Part shown: piece by piece, positions 16,901 to 30,074 of the stretch
Layout: each line of letters begins with the position of its first letter
Position numbering within the stretch: the stretch's first letter is position 1
Source of the DNA: Eledone cirrhosa
Lineage: Eukaryota
Direction: 5' to 3'
NCBI GenBank assembly: GCA_964016885.1
Contig: OZ024749.1
Span: 5,456,001-5,520,000, forward strand
Length of the DNA stretch: 64,000 nucleotides
Notes under the pieces: generated by a model
What the model was told of the DNA's origin: nothing
What the model saw: the letters and a program-made list of their open reading frames with translations, nothing else
Databases searched by the model: none
Position numbers and translations under genes: made by a program

Positions 16901-18665
16901 ACCATCACTCCCCTCCATTATCCCCCCACCGCCCACTACCCACCAACACCATCACCCCCCTCCACAATCCCCCCACCGCCCACAATCCCCCCACCGCCCC
17001 ACTACCCACCAACACCATCACTCCCCTCCACAATCCCCCCACCGCCGACTACCCACCAACACCATCACTCCCCTCCATTATCCCCCCACCGCCCACTACC
17101 CACCAACACCATCACCCCCCTCCACAATCCCCCCACCGCCCACAATCCCCCCACCGCCCCACTACCCACCAACACCATCACTCCCCTCCACAATCCCCCC
17201 ACGCCCACTACCCACCAACACCATCACTCCCCTCCATTATCCCCCCACCGCCCACTACCCACCAACACCATCACCCCCCTCCACAATCCCACCACCGCCC
17301 ACAATCCCCCCACCGCCCCACTACCCACCAACACCACCACTCCCCTCCACAATCCCCCCACCGCCCACTACCCACCAACACCATCACTCCCCTCCATTAT
17401 CCCCCCACCGCCCCACTACCCACCAACACCATCACTCCCCTCCATTATCCCCCCACCGCCCACTACCCACCAACACCATCACCCCCCTCCACAATCCCCC
17501 CACCGCCCACAATCCCCCCACCGCCCCACTACCCACCAACACCACCACTCCCCTCCACAATCCCCCCACCGCCCACTACCCACCAACACCATCACTCCCC
17601 TCCATTATCCCCCCACCGCCCCACTACCCACCAACACCATCACTCCCCTCCATTATCCCCCCACCGCCCACTACCCACCAACACCATCACCCCCCTCCAC
17701 AATCCCCCCACCGCCCACAATCCCCCCACCGCCCCACTACCCACCAACACCACCACTCCCCTCCACAATCCCCCCACCGCCCACTACCCACCAACACCAT
17801 CACTCCCCTCCATTATCCCCCCACCGCCCCACTACCCACCAACACCATCACTCCCCTCCACAATCCCCCCACCGCCCACTACCCACCAACACCATCACTC
17901 CCCTCCATTATCCCCCCACCGCCCACTACCCACCAACACCATCACCCCCCTCCACAATCCCCCCACCGCCCACAATCCCCCCACCGCCCCACTACCCACC
18001 AACACCATCACCCCCCTCCACAATCCCCCCACCGCCCACAACCCCCCCACCGCCCCACTACCCACCAACACCATCACCCCCCTCCACAATCCCCCCACCG
18101 CCCACAATCCCCCCACCGCCCCACTACCCACCAACACCATCACTCCCCTCCATTATCCCCCCACCGCCCCACTACCCACCAACACCATCACACCCCTCCA
18201 TTATCCCCCCACCGCCCACTACCCACCAACACCATCACTCCCCTCCATTATCCCCCCACCGCCCACTACCCACCAACACCATCAACCCCCCCACCGCCCC
18301 ACTACCCACCAACACCATCACCCCCCTCCACAATCCTCCCACCGCCCCACTACCCACCAACACCATCACCCCCCTCCACAATCCTCCCACCGCCCCACTA
18401 CCCACCAACACCATCACTCCCCTCCACAATCCCCCCACCGCCCACTACCCACCAACACCATCACCCCCCTCCACAATCCTCCCACCGCCCCACTACCCAC
18501 CAACACCATCACTCCCCTCCACAATCCCCCCACCGCCCACTACCCACCAACACCATCACCCCCCTCCACAATCCCCCCACCGCCCACTACCCACCAACAC
18601 CATCACCCCCCTCCACAATCCTCCCACCGCCCCACTACCCACCAACACCATCACTCCCCTCCACC
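13990..18665. repeat. C-rich 47/48-bp minisatellite with optional 18-bp sub-repeat
   Basis: Unit CCACTACCCACCAACACCATCACTCCCCTCCA(TT/CA)ATCCCCCCACCGC(C), 48-bp period at 14161/14209; insert CCACAATCCCCCCACCGC. Confidence 0.96.
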
Positions 18666-18724
18666 CCCATGTCTTTTTCATATTTCCAATATAAAATTTC
18701 TGCACCTTTTGAGATGTTAAAACA

Positions 18725-18762
<38 letters not shown>

Positions 18763-19374
18763 TCTCTTTCTCTGTCTCTCTCTTTCTCTCTCTATCTCTA
18801 TATATCTCTATCTATCTATCTCTCTCTCTCTCTCTCTCCCTCTCTCTATCTCCCTCTCTCTATCTCTCTATCTCTATCTCTCTCTCTCTCTCCCTCTATC
18901 TCTCTCTCCCTCTTACTCTTTCGCTCTCTCTTACTCTTTCGCTCTCTCTCCCTTTCGCTCTCTCTCCCATTCTCTCTTGTTCTCTCCCGTTCTCTCCCTT
19001 TCTCTCCCTTTCTCTCCCGTTCTCTCTTTTTCTCTCCCTTTCTATCTCCCCCCCCCTTTCTCTCTCTCTGTCTGTCTGTCTCTCTTTCTTTCTTTGCCCG
19101 TCCATCTGTATGTCTGTCGGTCTCTCTCTCTCTCTCGCCCCCCCCATCTCTGCCCCCCCCCCCATACCCCCCCCCGTCTCTAAACGGCCAAGAATTAACC
19201 TAGTTTTCATTAATTAAATATTAAACTATAGTTTAATTAATTAATTAATTAATTATTAAAATCCGCAACCATTCTTTCAAAAGTAAAAATTTATAGCTTT
19301 TTTAATACTAACAAACGAAAATGGCCGTTTTTTCTAGTTTTAAGTCATCTATTTTATAGTTAGTCTTACAGCTG

Positions 19375-20050
19375 ATGTTGTTGTAGTGGTGGTGGTTGTG
19401 GTGGTGGTGGTCTTGTGTTGTTGTTGTAGTGGTGGCGGTCTTGTGTTGTAGTGGTGGTGGTCTTGTGTTGTTGTTGTAGTGGTGGTGGTCTTTTGTTGTT
19501 GTTGTGGTGGTGGTGATGGTCTTGTGTTGTTGTTGTATTGGTGGTGGTTTTGTGTTGTTGTTGTTGTAGTGGTGGTGGTCTTGTGTTGTTGTTGTGGTGG
19601 TGGTGGTGGTGGTCTTGTGTTGTTGTTGTATTGGTGGTGGTTTTGTGTTGTTGTAGTGGTGGTGGTCTTGTGTTGTGGTGGTGGTGGTGTAGTGGTGGTG
19701 GTCTTGTGTTGTTGTTGTTGTAGTGGTGGTGGTGGTCTTGTGTTGTTGTTGTAGTGGTGGTGGTCTTGTGTTGTTGTTGTTGTGGTGGTGGTGGTGGTCT
19801 TGTGTTGTGGTGGTGGTGGTGATAGTCTTGTGTTGTTGTGGTGGTAGTGGTGGCGATGGTCTTGTGTTATGGTGGTGGTGGGGGTCTTCTATTGTTGATG
19901 TTGGTGGCCGTTGTGAATGTTGTTGTTGGTGTTGTTGTGGTTGTGTTGTTGGTATTGTTGTTGTTGATGGTCTGATTGTGTTGTTGTTGTTGTTAGTCTT
20001 GTCGTGGTTGTTGTTGTTGTTAGTCTTGTTGTTGTTGGTGGTGGTGTTGT
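19375..20050. repeat. GT-rich degenerate minisatellite (GGT/GTT with GGTCTTGTG)
   Basis: Direct inspection. Confidence 0.88.
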
Positions 20051-20299
20051 CATTGTTCTATTCTTTCTCTTTTTCTTTTTATTCATTTTCTGTTCTTCTT
20101 CTTCTCTTTGCCCCCCCCCCCCAATTATCCCCTCCCCTCCTCCCCTTCACCCCCTCTTCCCTCTCCTCCTCGCGTGCTGCCCCCCCCCAATCTCGCTGTA
20201 GTAGTAATACAAACATAGTAAGACTGATATCCAGAAAACAAACACAAGACCACATATGAGATATACAAGTACCAATACCAACAATGTTGTCATTAAATG

Positions 20300-20470
20300 A
20301 TTGGTGGATTGCCAGTATCGGTAGAGGGTCGGACGCCATGCTTTATAGCATAGAGTTACGGCCCTTGCCATTCTGAGTTCAAATCCCGCCGAGGTTAACT
20401 TTGCCTTTCATCCTTACGGGGTCGATAAGGTAATTGCTGGCCTTGTGCCAAAAAGTGGAAACAATTAATT
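20300..20470 (+). mobile_element. tRNA-derived SINE with Nin/Deu-like central domain
   Basis: A-box-like TTGCCAGTATCGG, B-box GAGTTCAAATCC, GCCTTTCATCCTTACGGGGTCGATAA, 3' GGCCTTGTGCC..GAAACAATT. Confidence 0.88.
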
Positions 20471-21759
20471 AAAGTATAAACTCATTTATAAACTGAAGGT
20501 GTTCAAAATAATTTATTGTGACCCCCTCGGACGTCGGCACCCTCTTGAGAAATAGGCCTTGTTAATATATTGTTACCTCCCTTTGTTATGTCTGTTTACA
20601 CGCAAAACCCACATACCGACACACATACACTCACACCAACACACACCAACTCATACATACACCACACACACCAACACACGTATATACGTACACACGCATA
20701 CATACACACCAAGGCACACGCACACACCACACACACACACCAAAACACACATACACACGCACACCAACACGCATGCACAGATACGCACCAACACGCAAAC
20801 ACAATCACACCACGCACTCGCACATGGACACACACACCACCACCATACACATACACATACACACACGTACACACATACACCAACACACACCAACACACAC
20901 ACACCAACACACACCATACCAAATCACACTAACTCATACATACACACAGAGCAACACAACACACCACCACACACACACACCAAAACACACTAACTCATAC
21001 ATACACACACAGCAACACACCAACACACACACACACCACCACCACATACCATTCAACACACACACACATACTCCACACATACTCCACACATACTCCACAC
21101 ATACATACTCAATGGTTTCTCCTGTGCCGTTCTTAATGTTTTTCTTGATGTGAACCCTTTAAGGTTAATAAAGAAATCATTAGTGTTGTTGTTGTTATTA
21201 TTTTAATGATGTCCAAGTATATTGACTGTAAACTTTGTTGTGTAACGTGCCACTCCGTTAGAATGCTAGAGCGGTATTTAAGGGAAATTAGGCTGTTATG
21301 TCTACCATGTTGACTGACCACCTCAGGTTCTCCTTATCAGCTCAGTTTCTATGAGAAATGTGTCTGCAATATTTCTGTTGATTGATTTTGTGTGATATCT
21401 CAATCATTTGACTTCTAGGTATAGTTTACTAAAGAGCTATTGTTATTTCTCTTCTCTAAATTGCATAAATTTGCATACATTAATCATATGATTCTCTTTT
21501 ATTTTCCACATGCTTCCTGTATCTTGAACGAACAAGATTGGAAAAAAACAAAAAACGAACTTTTGTGGTTTCGTTTAAAGTTGAATTTAAATAATCATTG
21601 TAGCGCCATCTAGCGGCTGTTTTTGGTACTAATCTCTAAACAGGTTCAATGTAATTGCGGTTTCTAAGTTAGGCACAAGACCAACAAATGGTGCTTTATT
21701 ACAGTTGTTATTGTTGCTGGTGGTGTTGGTGGTGTTGGTGGTGGTGGTGTTGCTGTTGA

Positions 21760-22725
21760 TGTTGAGAGGTGAAAGTTGTTGTTGTTGATGATGTTGGTGA
21801 TGAGAGGTGAAAGGTGTTGTTGATGATGTTGGTGATGAGGTGAAAGGTGTTGTTGTTGATGATGGTGGTGATGAGAGGTGAAAGGTGTTGTTGTTGATGA
21901 TGTTGGTGATGAGAGGTGAAAGGTGTTGTTGTTGATGATGTTGGTGATGAGAGGTGAAAGGTGTTGTTGTTGATGATGTTGGTGATGAGAGGTGAAAGGT
22001 GTTGTTGATGATGTTGGTGATGAGAGGTGAAAGGTGTTGTTGTTGATGATGTTGGTGATGAGGTGAAAGGTGTTGTTGTTGATGTTGGTGATGAGAGGTG
22101 AAAGGTGTTGTTGTTGATGATGTTGGTGATGAGAGGTGAAAGGTGTTGTTGTTGTTGATGTTGGTGATGAGAGGTGAAAGGTGTTGTTGTTGTTGATGTT
22201 GGTGATGAGAGGTGAAAGGTGTTGTTGATGATGTTGGTGATGAGAGGTGAAAGGTGTTGTTGATGATGTTGGTGATGAGAGGTGAAAGGTGTTGTTGATG
22301 ATGTTGGTGATGAGAGGTGAAAGGTGTTGTTGATGATGTTGGTGATGAGGTGAAAGGTGTTGTTGTTGATGTTGGTGATGAGAGGTGAAAGGTGTTGTTG
22401 TTGATGATGTTGGTGATGAGAGGTGAAAGGTGTTGTTGTTGTTGATGGTGGTGATGAGAGGTGAAAGGTGTTGTTGATGATGTTGGTGATGAGGTGAAAG
22501 GTGTTGTTGTTGATGATGTTGGTGATGAGAGGTGAAAGGTGTTGTTGATGATGTTGGTGATGAGGTGAAAGGTGTTGTTGTTGATGATGTTGGTGATGAG
22601 AGGTGAAAGGTGTTGTTGTTGATGTTGTTGCTGGTGGTGTTGTTGTTGTTGATGGTTGTGACGAGAGGTGAAAGTTGTTGATGTTGGTGGTGTTGATGTT
22701 GGTGGTGGTGACGAGAGGTGAAAGA
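21760..22725. repeat. 33-38-bp minisatellite GATGAGAGGTGAAAGGTGTTGTTGTTGATGATGTTGGT
   Basis: 38-bp period at 21908/21946; GTT copy-number variants. Confidence 0.95.
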
Positions 22726-23254
22726 TGGTGTTGTTGGTGGTGATGTTGGTGGTGTTGTTGGTGGTGATGGTGGTGGTGTTGTTGGTGGTGATGGTGGTGG
22801 TGTTGTTGAGGTGATGGTGGTGGTGGTGTTGTTGGTCGTGATGTTGGTGGTGTTGTTGAGGTGTTGATGTTGGTGGTGTTGTTGGTCGTGATGTTGGTGG
22901 TGTTGTTGAGGTGATGGTGGTGGTGGTGTTGTTGGTCGTGATGTTGGTGGTGTTGTTGAGGTGATGGTGGTGGTGGTGTTGTTGGTGGTGTGGTTTCATC
23001 TTATTGCTGTTGATGATGGTGGTGTTAGTGGTGATGTAGCTTTTGTTGTGGTGGTATTGGTAGTGGTGGTGGTGGTAGTAGAGAGGTTGTTGTTGATAGT
23101 GTTGTTAGAGGTATTGAACAACTGAAGTGTTGGTGGTAGTACTGGTGGTAATGTTGATATTTATAGAGACGATGGTCACGGTAGTAAGAGTATTAGTCGT
23201 GTTGTTGTTGGTGCTGGCGTTAGGAAAGTTTCTGGTGGTAGTGGTACTGGTAGC

Positions 23255-23625
23255 GTTGGTATTTGTAGTGGTGGTAGTTGTAGTAGTGTTGTTGGTATTT
23301 GTAGTGGTGGTGGTGGTGGTAGTTGTAATAGTGTTGTTGGTATTTGTAGTGGTGGTGGTGGTGGTAGTTGTAATAGTGTTGTTGGTATTTGTAGTGGTGG
23401 TGGTGGTGGTAGTTGTAATAGTGTTGTTGGTATTTGTAGTGGTGGTGGTGGTGGTAGTTGTAATAGTGTTGTTGGTATTTGTAGTGGTGGTGGTGGTGGT
23501 AGTTGTAATAGTGTTGTTGGTATTTGTAGTGGTGGTGGTGGTGGTAGTTGTAATAGTGTTGTTGGTATTTGTAGTGGTGGTGGTGGTGGTAGTTGTAGTA
23601 ATAGTGTTGTTGGTATTTGTAGTGA
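23255..23625. repeat. 45-bp minisatellite
   Basis: GTTGGTATTTGTAGTGGTGG...GTAATAGTGTT at 23291, 23336, 23381 and onward. Confidence 0.93.
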
Positions 23626-25701
23626 TAGTGGTTGTGTCGTTGGTAGTGGTTGTGGTTGTGTTGTTAGTAGTGGTAGTAAGAGTGTCGTTTGTAGTGGTTG
23701 TGTTGTTGGTAGTTGTAGTAATAGTATTGTCGGTAGTTGTAGTAAGAGTGTTGTTGGTAGTTGTAGTGTTGGTAGTGGTTGTGTTGTTGGTAGTTGTCGT
23801 GTTGGTAGTGGTTGCGTTGTTGTTAGTGTTGGTAGTTGTAGTAGTAGTGTTGTTTGTAGTGGTAGTGTTGGTAGTGGTAGTGTTGGTAGTGTTTGTAGTT
23901 GTAGTAAGAGTGTTGATCTATTATGTGGCTGTACATATCTGACTGTATGGTTGATGATATGATTTCTCGTTCTTCTTCTGACATATCTTCAAAACTATTG
24001 AAATGTGTCAGGAGAAGGATCGAACTAATTAATCAAAGGAACTTTGGAAACAATAATGAACAAAAAATAAACAACAACAACAACTGCATTTATAGTAACA
24101 ACAACAACAACAACAGCAGCTACATTGATAGTAACAACAACAACAACAACTATATTGGTAGTAACAACGACAGTGAAAGTAATAAAAGCCTCCATTACAA
24201 TATAGTGTAAAAGTACTAAAAATAAACACTCTCATTCCCTTTCTCTCTCTTTCTCACCTCTCTTTCTTTCTTTCTTTCTCTCCTCCTCTCTCCATTCCTC
24301 TCCTCTCTCACCACTCTATTTCCCTCACCCCATTTCCTCTTCCTCTCTCACCTCTGTCTCTTCCTCTCTTACTCTTCCTCTCTCTCACTTTTTTCACTTC
24401 CTTTCTTACTCTTCCTCTCTCTCACTTTTGTCTCTTCCTTTCCTCTTCTCTTCCCTTTTCTCTCCTCTTCCCTTTTTTCCTCCCTCTCTTCCACTTTCAC
24501 TCTCCTTTCTCCCCTCTTTCTCCCCTCTCTCTCCCATTCTCCTTTCTTTCTCTCTCCTTTCCTTTCTCTTAACAATGGTGAATATATATTACTAAAAGCT
24601 AAATGTCAAGTAGTAATTGTGGTGGAACTTAAAGAAGTCAGATTGGAAGGCATGACAGCTTAAGGGACACAATGAATTGGAGACATAAAACTAATAATAA
24701 TAATAATAATAATAATAATGTCTACACATAGCTGGAAGTTATTGTGTAACCAAAGAAACTGTCACTAAGGAATATAAGATTACTGGGGGAAAACAAAAAA
24801 GAAAAACAAAGCAAAACAAAGAATTTTCCCGAAGGTTTGATTTGGAAACAAAAGAATGGAGATGATGACAACAACAATAATAATAATAATAATAATAATA
24901 ATGCAAAACTATGCATCAAACAAAATTTTCAAAGGAGAAAAAAAATATCAAAAACAAAAGAAAAATTTTAGGTAAAAGAATTTCGAAGAATTTCATTTCC
25001 TTGTAATGAATACATCTGCAGCCAAACACAAAGACAGTATTCGAAGGCTGTGGGAATGTGCAGATGTTCTGAAAAACATGAGAGATTTGCTTAATATAGA
25101 AATAATGTCACAAATATCAACGATTAATTAAGCCTTCATGATAGAAAAAACATACAGAATACAACATATGTATTACTTCTCTCTCTCTATCACTAACTCT
25201 AACTCTCACTCTCTCTGTCACTCTGCCACTCTCACTCTCTCTGTGTTACTGTTTCTCTCTCTCTCTCTCTCTGTCACTGTTTCTCGCTCTCTCTCACTAT
25301 CTGTCACTCTTTCTCTCTCTCTCACTCACTCTGTCACTCTGTCACTCTCTATGTCACTCTCTCACTCTCAGTCTCACTGTTTCTCTCTCTCTCTCTGTCA
25401 CTCACTCTCTCGTTCTCACTCTCACTCTCTCGTTCTCACTCTCACTCTCTCTGTCTCTCTTTCTCTCATTGTTTCTCTCTCTCTGTCACTCACTCTCGTT
25501 CTCACTCTCACTCTCGTTCTCACTCTCACTCTCTCTCAATCACTCCCTCACTGTTACTCTCACTCTCTCTGTCACACTCTCTCTCACTGTTTATCTCTCT
25601 CTCTCTCTCATTCTGAATCATTTCCGTTATATATTCCATATCATGTACTACATGTCACTAGAGTAATAGTTGTAATTGTTGCCATCATTATTAAATGTGA
25701 A

Positions 25702-25788
25702 CTTTGCCTTTCATCCTTACGGGGTCGATAAAATAAAGTACCAGTAGTGTACTATATAATTGCTGGCCTTGTGCCAAAGGTAGAAACA
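25702..25788 (+). mobile_element. 5'-truncated Nin-type SINE with 15-bp TSD
   Basis: ATTATTAAATGTGAA at 25687-25701 and 25789-25803. Confidence 0.88.
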
Positions 25789-25959
25789 ATTATTAAATGT
25801 GAAGGCACGTGGCTTAGCCTTTAGGTTACTTGGTACACAATCATAAAATCGTAAATTTGATTCCCAGCCAGAAGTAGAGTCCTTTCATATTGCCCCAGTT
25901 CATTCAGCTTACAGGAGTTGTACTTCGGACACATTGATTTGTTTGATCAAACAACTGGG

Positions 25960-26170
25960 AAATATCGGTCCAACAGGTTTGCAGTGGAGCCCGTGCCTGT
26001 GGAGATTTCTGGTGTCCTTGGCCTTATGACCACCCCCCCTGCTCACCATCAGCTATACAGAGTTGGCTACGCGCAGGTGTGTGCCTCGTGAGATGCAACG
26101 GTTCTTCCAGCGCGTGTCCCACGTCATCCTTCGGGGACACGCCTTCTCTATTCTGTTTTATCAGCCGGGG
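25960..26170 (+). mobile_element. CRE-clade non-LTR retrotransposon C-terminal relic
   Basis: KY...EPVPVEISGVLG / PREMQRFFQRVSHVILRGHAFSIL resembles the CRE RLE terminus (P.A.ET.G..G...QR.S..I.RGNA..IL); one frameshift in the C-run at about 26035. Confidence 0.6.
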
Positions 26171-26759
26171 TTGCAGGGCAGCCCACGCGTCGGCCACCAT
26201 TTGCTCATAATAGTGAGAGATGGTGGGAGTTTGGCTCCTTTGTGTTCGGACCTGGTTTATATATATGTATATGTTTCAGGGACAAACAGTCACACAGAAA
26301 CAAAGAAAGTTAAATTTATTTTATTCTAACTCCTTACACTATTAACTATAGTAAATAAACTTATTGTTGAGAATTAAATGCTATTTCTAGCAAGGATTTG
26401 GCTCGGTTAGGGTCTCATGGCAGTGATAGAGGTTTAGAGTTTCATACTTTATTCCAGTATTAACTACAACCACCATTTGTATTATCACCAGCCGAGGATA
26501 ATAGAGATTTCTAATTTAGGAACAAGGCCAACAAATGCTCACGTGTGTGATTAAATCAAGGGTAGTATTTCAAGAGCGGTGGAAGCATTTTTGAATTGGG
26601 GGTAATTTGGTCAATTTACTTGTAATGATTGATTTAGCTTTTTGCAATCTTAAATGGTGAGAAAACTTAAATACGTGATAAACATAACATGTACATAAAC
26701 TGTAGAACATATACAAGTAGATGAGCGTTGTGGTAGTTTGGGGAGAAAAATATATAATT

Positions 26760-27120
26760 ATTGGCTGTATTTGATTGTTTTTTTATCTATTTTATTGACC
26801 CCGGAAGGGAGAAAGCTAAAGAAAATCTTCCGAGATTTCAAATCAATATAAAGAACGAGAAAAATACCGCAATGGTATTTTATCCAACGCTCCACTAATT
26901 CTATCGATCCTCCTACCAACGATAGCAATGTTTGAGAGGTGTGGTTCCAATCGACTATACTGAGCCCAACAGTAGATTGATACTTCATTTTATCGATCTC
27001 AGAAGGATGAAAGGCAACGTTGAATTAGGAGAGATTTTAACTTAAAACGCAAAGGGACGTAACTAAATGCCACAAAACATTCTGTCCGATGCTCTAACGA
27101 TTCTGCCAATCTATCACTCT
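26760..27120 (-). mobile_element. Two old degenerate Nin-type SINE copies
   Basis: TTTATTGACCCCGGAAG and TTTATCGATCTCAGAAGGATGAAAGGCAA motifs. Confidence 0.7.
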
Positions 27121-27224
27121 TACGAAGCAAAAGAAAAAAAAATTGTCGATCGACTTTCGTCAGATCGGACCGAGGAAACAATGTTTCCGTTGGTCTTTCC
27201 AGTTGCTAATACTATCTATCTGTC

Positions 27225-27355
27225 GCAACTCCAGGTAGAACGAGCAACGTGAAATAAAGTGTCTTGCTCAAGGACATAACGCATCGCCTGGTCCAGGATT
27301 CGAACTAACAACCTCACGATTGCGAAGCCAGTCCTCTAACCAATCAGCCAAACGC
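27225..27355 (-). mobile_element. tRNA-derived SINE of a second (CORE-like) family
   Basis: Minus strand: TGGCTGATTGGTTAG (A box), AGTTCGAATCC (B box), TGTCCTTGAGCAAGACACTT. Confidence 0.75.
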
Positions 27356-28649
27356 ATACGAAACAAAGGGAATGTTAAATACATGTGTTGTAGATATTGT
27401 TTTTGTTGTTTCACTCAAGGTTAGCCCTGATTGCACAGACCTATAATGAGACATTCTAGCCGTGATCATCCCGTAGTTTTCCTATTTATCCGAGGTGTTC
27501 CTCTACACCCCAAAATCGTAGTGTGTAATTTGAGGGAAATTTAGCTGCTATTTCTAGTAGCGCTAGTAGTAGTTCTACGAAGCTGTTTTCGATCCACTGC
27601 TGGATGAAGCTTCATTAACTTTGCTGGCTTTAGGCCTGTCTATGTTGGATAAATGTGGGTTGGACAGAAGTAGAAGTGGTGGGTAGTAGTAGTAGTGGTG
27701 GCTGTAGTAGTAGTAGTTGTTGTTAATGCTGAAACAAATCATAAAACCTCCGGCATCAGCAGCACCACCACACTGTTGTTAAATATAGACCAATTAAATT
27801 GTCAAGGTTAAAAATACACAGCAACGGAGAGGGTGGGGGTGGAGGTAAGAATGATGACAACAACAACAACAGCAATGTTCACAGATGTGTAAACGCTCTT
27901 AAATGCCTATGTCAGTTTTGGCAGGCGACCTTTATTATTGGACCATAAAAATCAAAACTTGAAGAAAAAAATTAAATATATAATAAAGAAAACTAAAAGA
28001 AAAAAATCGAAAAAGAAAGAAGGAATGGAGGACAGGCGGAAAGTAATGAGAAGAAGAAGAAGGAAAATGTCTGGAAACGTAAATTTGAAAAAACAACAAA
28101 ATATAAAAAAAATGGAAATAACTAGTTTGTGAAAATGATCAGCCTAAACAGTGAAATTCAATAGAATTAGTTCATTAAACTCAACTAGTGGACATTAAGT
28201 AGTCCAAATAAAATGGAGGGTTGCTTCCATTAAATTTCGATAAAAACTCAAAACTTACTAGACCAATGATAAAAATAGAAAAATGGTGGCAACAAAAACC
28301 AACACTAACGAAACGAAAGAAAACAAAATAAAAATATATATTATAAAGCAATATAGGAAAGAAAATTGAAGTTTTCCACGTCTTTGTTATTTCTTTAAAA
28401 TTATTTCCTAAAAACATTAACCCATTCGTTATATTTCTAAAGAAATAATTTGTATGTTAATTATTTAATGAAGTATTTGGGAAGGGTTTACTAAAATTAT
28501 AGTTTCATTAACATGGTATTTGTAATATAACATACTGTTCTTAAATTAAAGTTTTCCAACAAAACATTATGCTAGAACCCATTAAAATAGATTTGTTTTT
28601 ATAGAACCAGACGAATTTTTGGACAGGTTAGTAGCAAAATAGTTAAAAT

Positions 28650-28865
28650 AATGATTTCTAAGCCCAAGGTGAAACATTTGAGGGCAGCTGAATTATATAG
28701 ATCCCAATACTTAACTGGTATATTATTTTAATGACCCCGGGGTCATTAAAATAATATACCAGGTGAAAATCAAAGTTGATCTCTGTGGGATTTGAAACCA
28801 AGATGTAGAAGGGAGTAATGTAATACAGGAATACATTTCATCCGACGCCCTAACGATTCTGCAAA
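28650..28865 (-). mobile_element. Degenerate Nin-type SINE containing a perfect 48-bp palindrome
   Basis: SINE motifs flank CTGGTATATTATTTTAATGACCCC|GGGGTCATTAAAATAATATACCAG (28715-28762). Confidence 0.75.
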
Positions 28866-29600
28866 CCCATATGTCATAATGTTAAGGGGACACTACAACG
28901 AGAAATTGCATAACGTGAGGGGACTGATTTTAAAGGCTTTTGTTTAGGATATTTACTAGCGTTGATAATATCTTAGCCTTTTCCGCCGTACATGTATGTG
29001 TATGTATTGTACTTCCTAGTGTGTGAATGTGTGACATATATCTCGTTTCTTTATACATATGTCTTTGGGGAGGGTTGAGTGTCGCGTATGTATCTTTCCG
29101 GCGGCTTCTACTAAGACATCGTGCAACCTGGACTCAATATCATGTAATGCCGTCATTATACACGAAATTTCATTGACCAACCATTGTGTTCCTGAAGAGG
29201 AAAGTGGATACTTCAGTTCATTTGCTCTACGTATTTCGTTCTTTTCGTGCAAATTTGCTCTATATACATTTATATATACATATATATGTGTGTGTTTGTG
29301 TATATGTTACAAGCCCATGCGGCTGGCCGTAGCCTAAAAGTGCACCAAACTCTATAATCTGACAAGCGATTGCAATACACTTAGCAGAGTTTGCAGCCAT
29401 CATGTGTGTGTTTACACACATATATATATACAATATATAGAGGGGAAAGACACAGAAGAGTGTATTTTTCTTTACAGGAATTTCAAACCACCAGCGTGAG
29501 AAGAATATAAGCTACTAGAGCATAGGAAAAACATTAAAATTAAAAGTATAAATTGAAATGAGAAACCAACCTCACCTAAATCACACATGTACAAACTCAC

Positions 29601-29659
29601 CAGGAGCATGTTTCGCCATTTTAGTGGGTTCCAATACGGCCCGGTGGGTCATCAGCATG
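29601..29659 (-). ncRNA. Degenerate hammerhead-like motif
   Basis: Minus strand: CATG-CTGATGA-CCCA..TGGC-GAAAC-AT-GCT-CCTG; cleavage triplet mutated. Confidence 0.4.
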
Positions 29660-29793
29660 TGGAAGGCCGATATTGTCCGCACTACTAGAGAGAACTAAAG
29701 TAAACCACCCTTCGCACGTGTAAACATAAGGGAAATGCGTGCGCTGGGCAGTAACCAGTGGCATGAACAGAACAGGCTGCTAGAAATGGCAGC

Positions 29794-29847
29794 CTCTGCT
29801 GTTGAGCACCATAAATTGAATACAATTTATGGTGCTCAACAGCAGAG
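29794..29847. repeat. Perfect 25-bp hairpin with 4-nt loop
   Basis: CTCTGCTGTTGAGCACCATAAATTG-AATA-CAATTTATGGTGCTCAACAGCAGAG. Confidence 0.93.
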
Positions 29848-29884
29848 AGAGCGAAAGGAGCAAATATCAAGTAAAAATAACGGA

Positions 29885-29925
<41 letters not shown>

Positions 29926-29982
29926 AGCGTGATCCTAATACTAACACTTTTTACTGCACTCTTCGTTATTGTTTTTGTTTTA

Positions 29983-30074
<92 letters not shown>

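Noticed and set aside
13275-19217. 1980-aa and 1775-aa Pro/Thr/His-rich 'mucin/extensin-like' ORFs
   Set aside because: Units of 47/48 bp shift frame constantly and several frames are open because the C-rich strand lacks stops; no signal peptide or unique domain.
21629-23942. 456-aa and 271-aa low-complexity ORFs
   Set aside because: Minisatellite and GTT/GTA repeat translations.
27270-27355. Possible tRNA gene
   Set aside because: A and B boxes continue into a SINE core and no proper cloverleaf or acceptor stem was seen.
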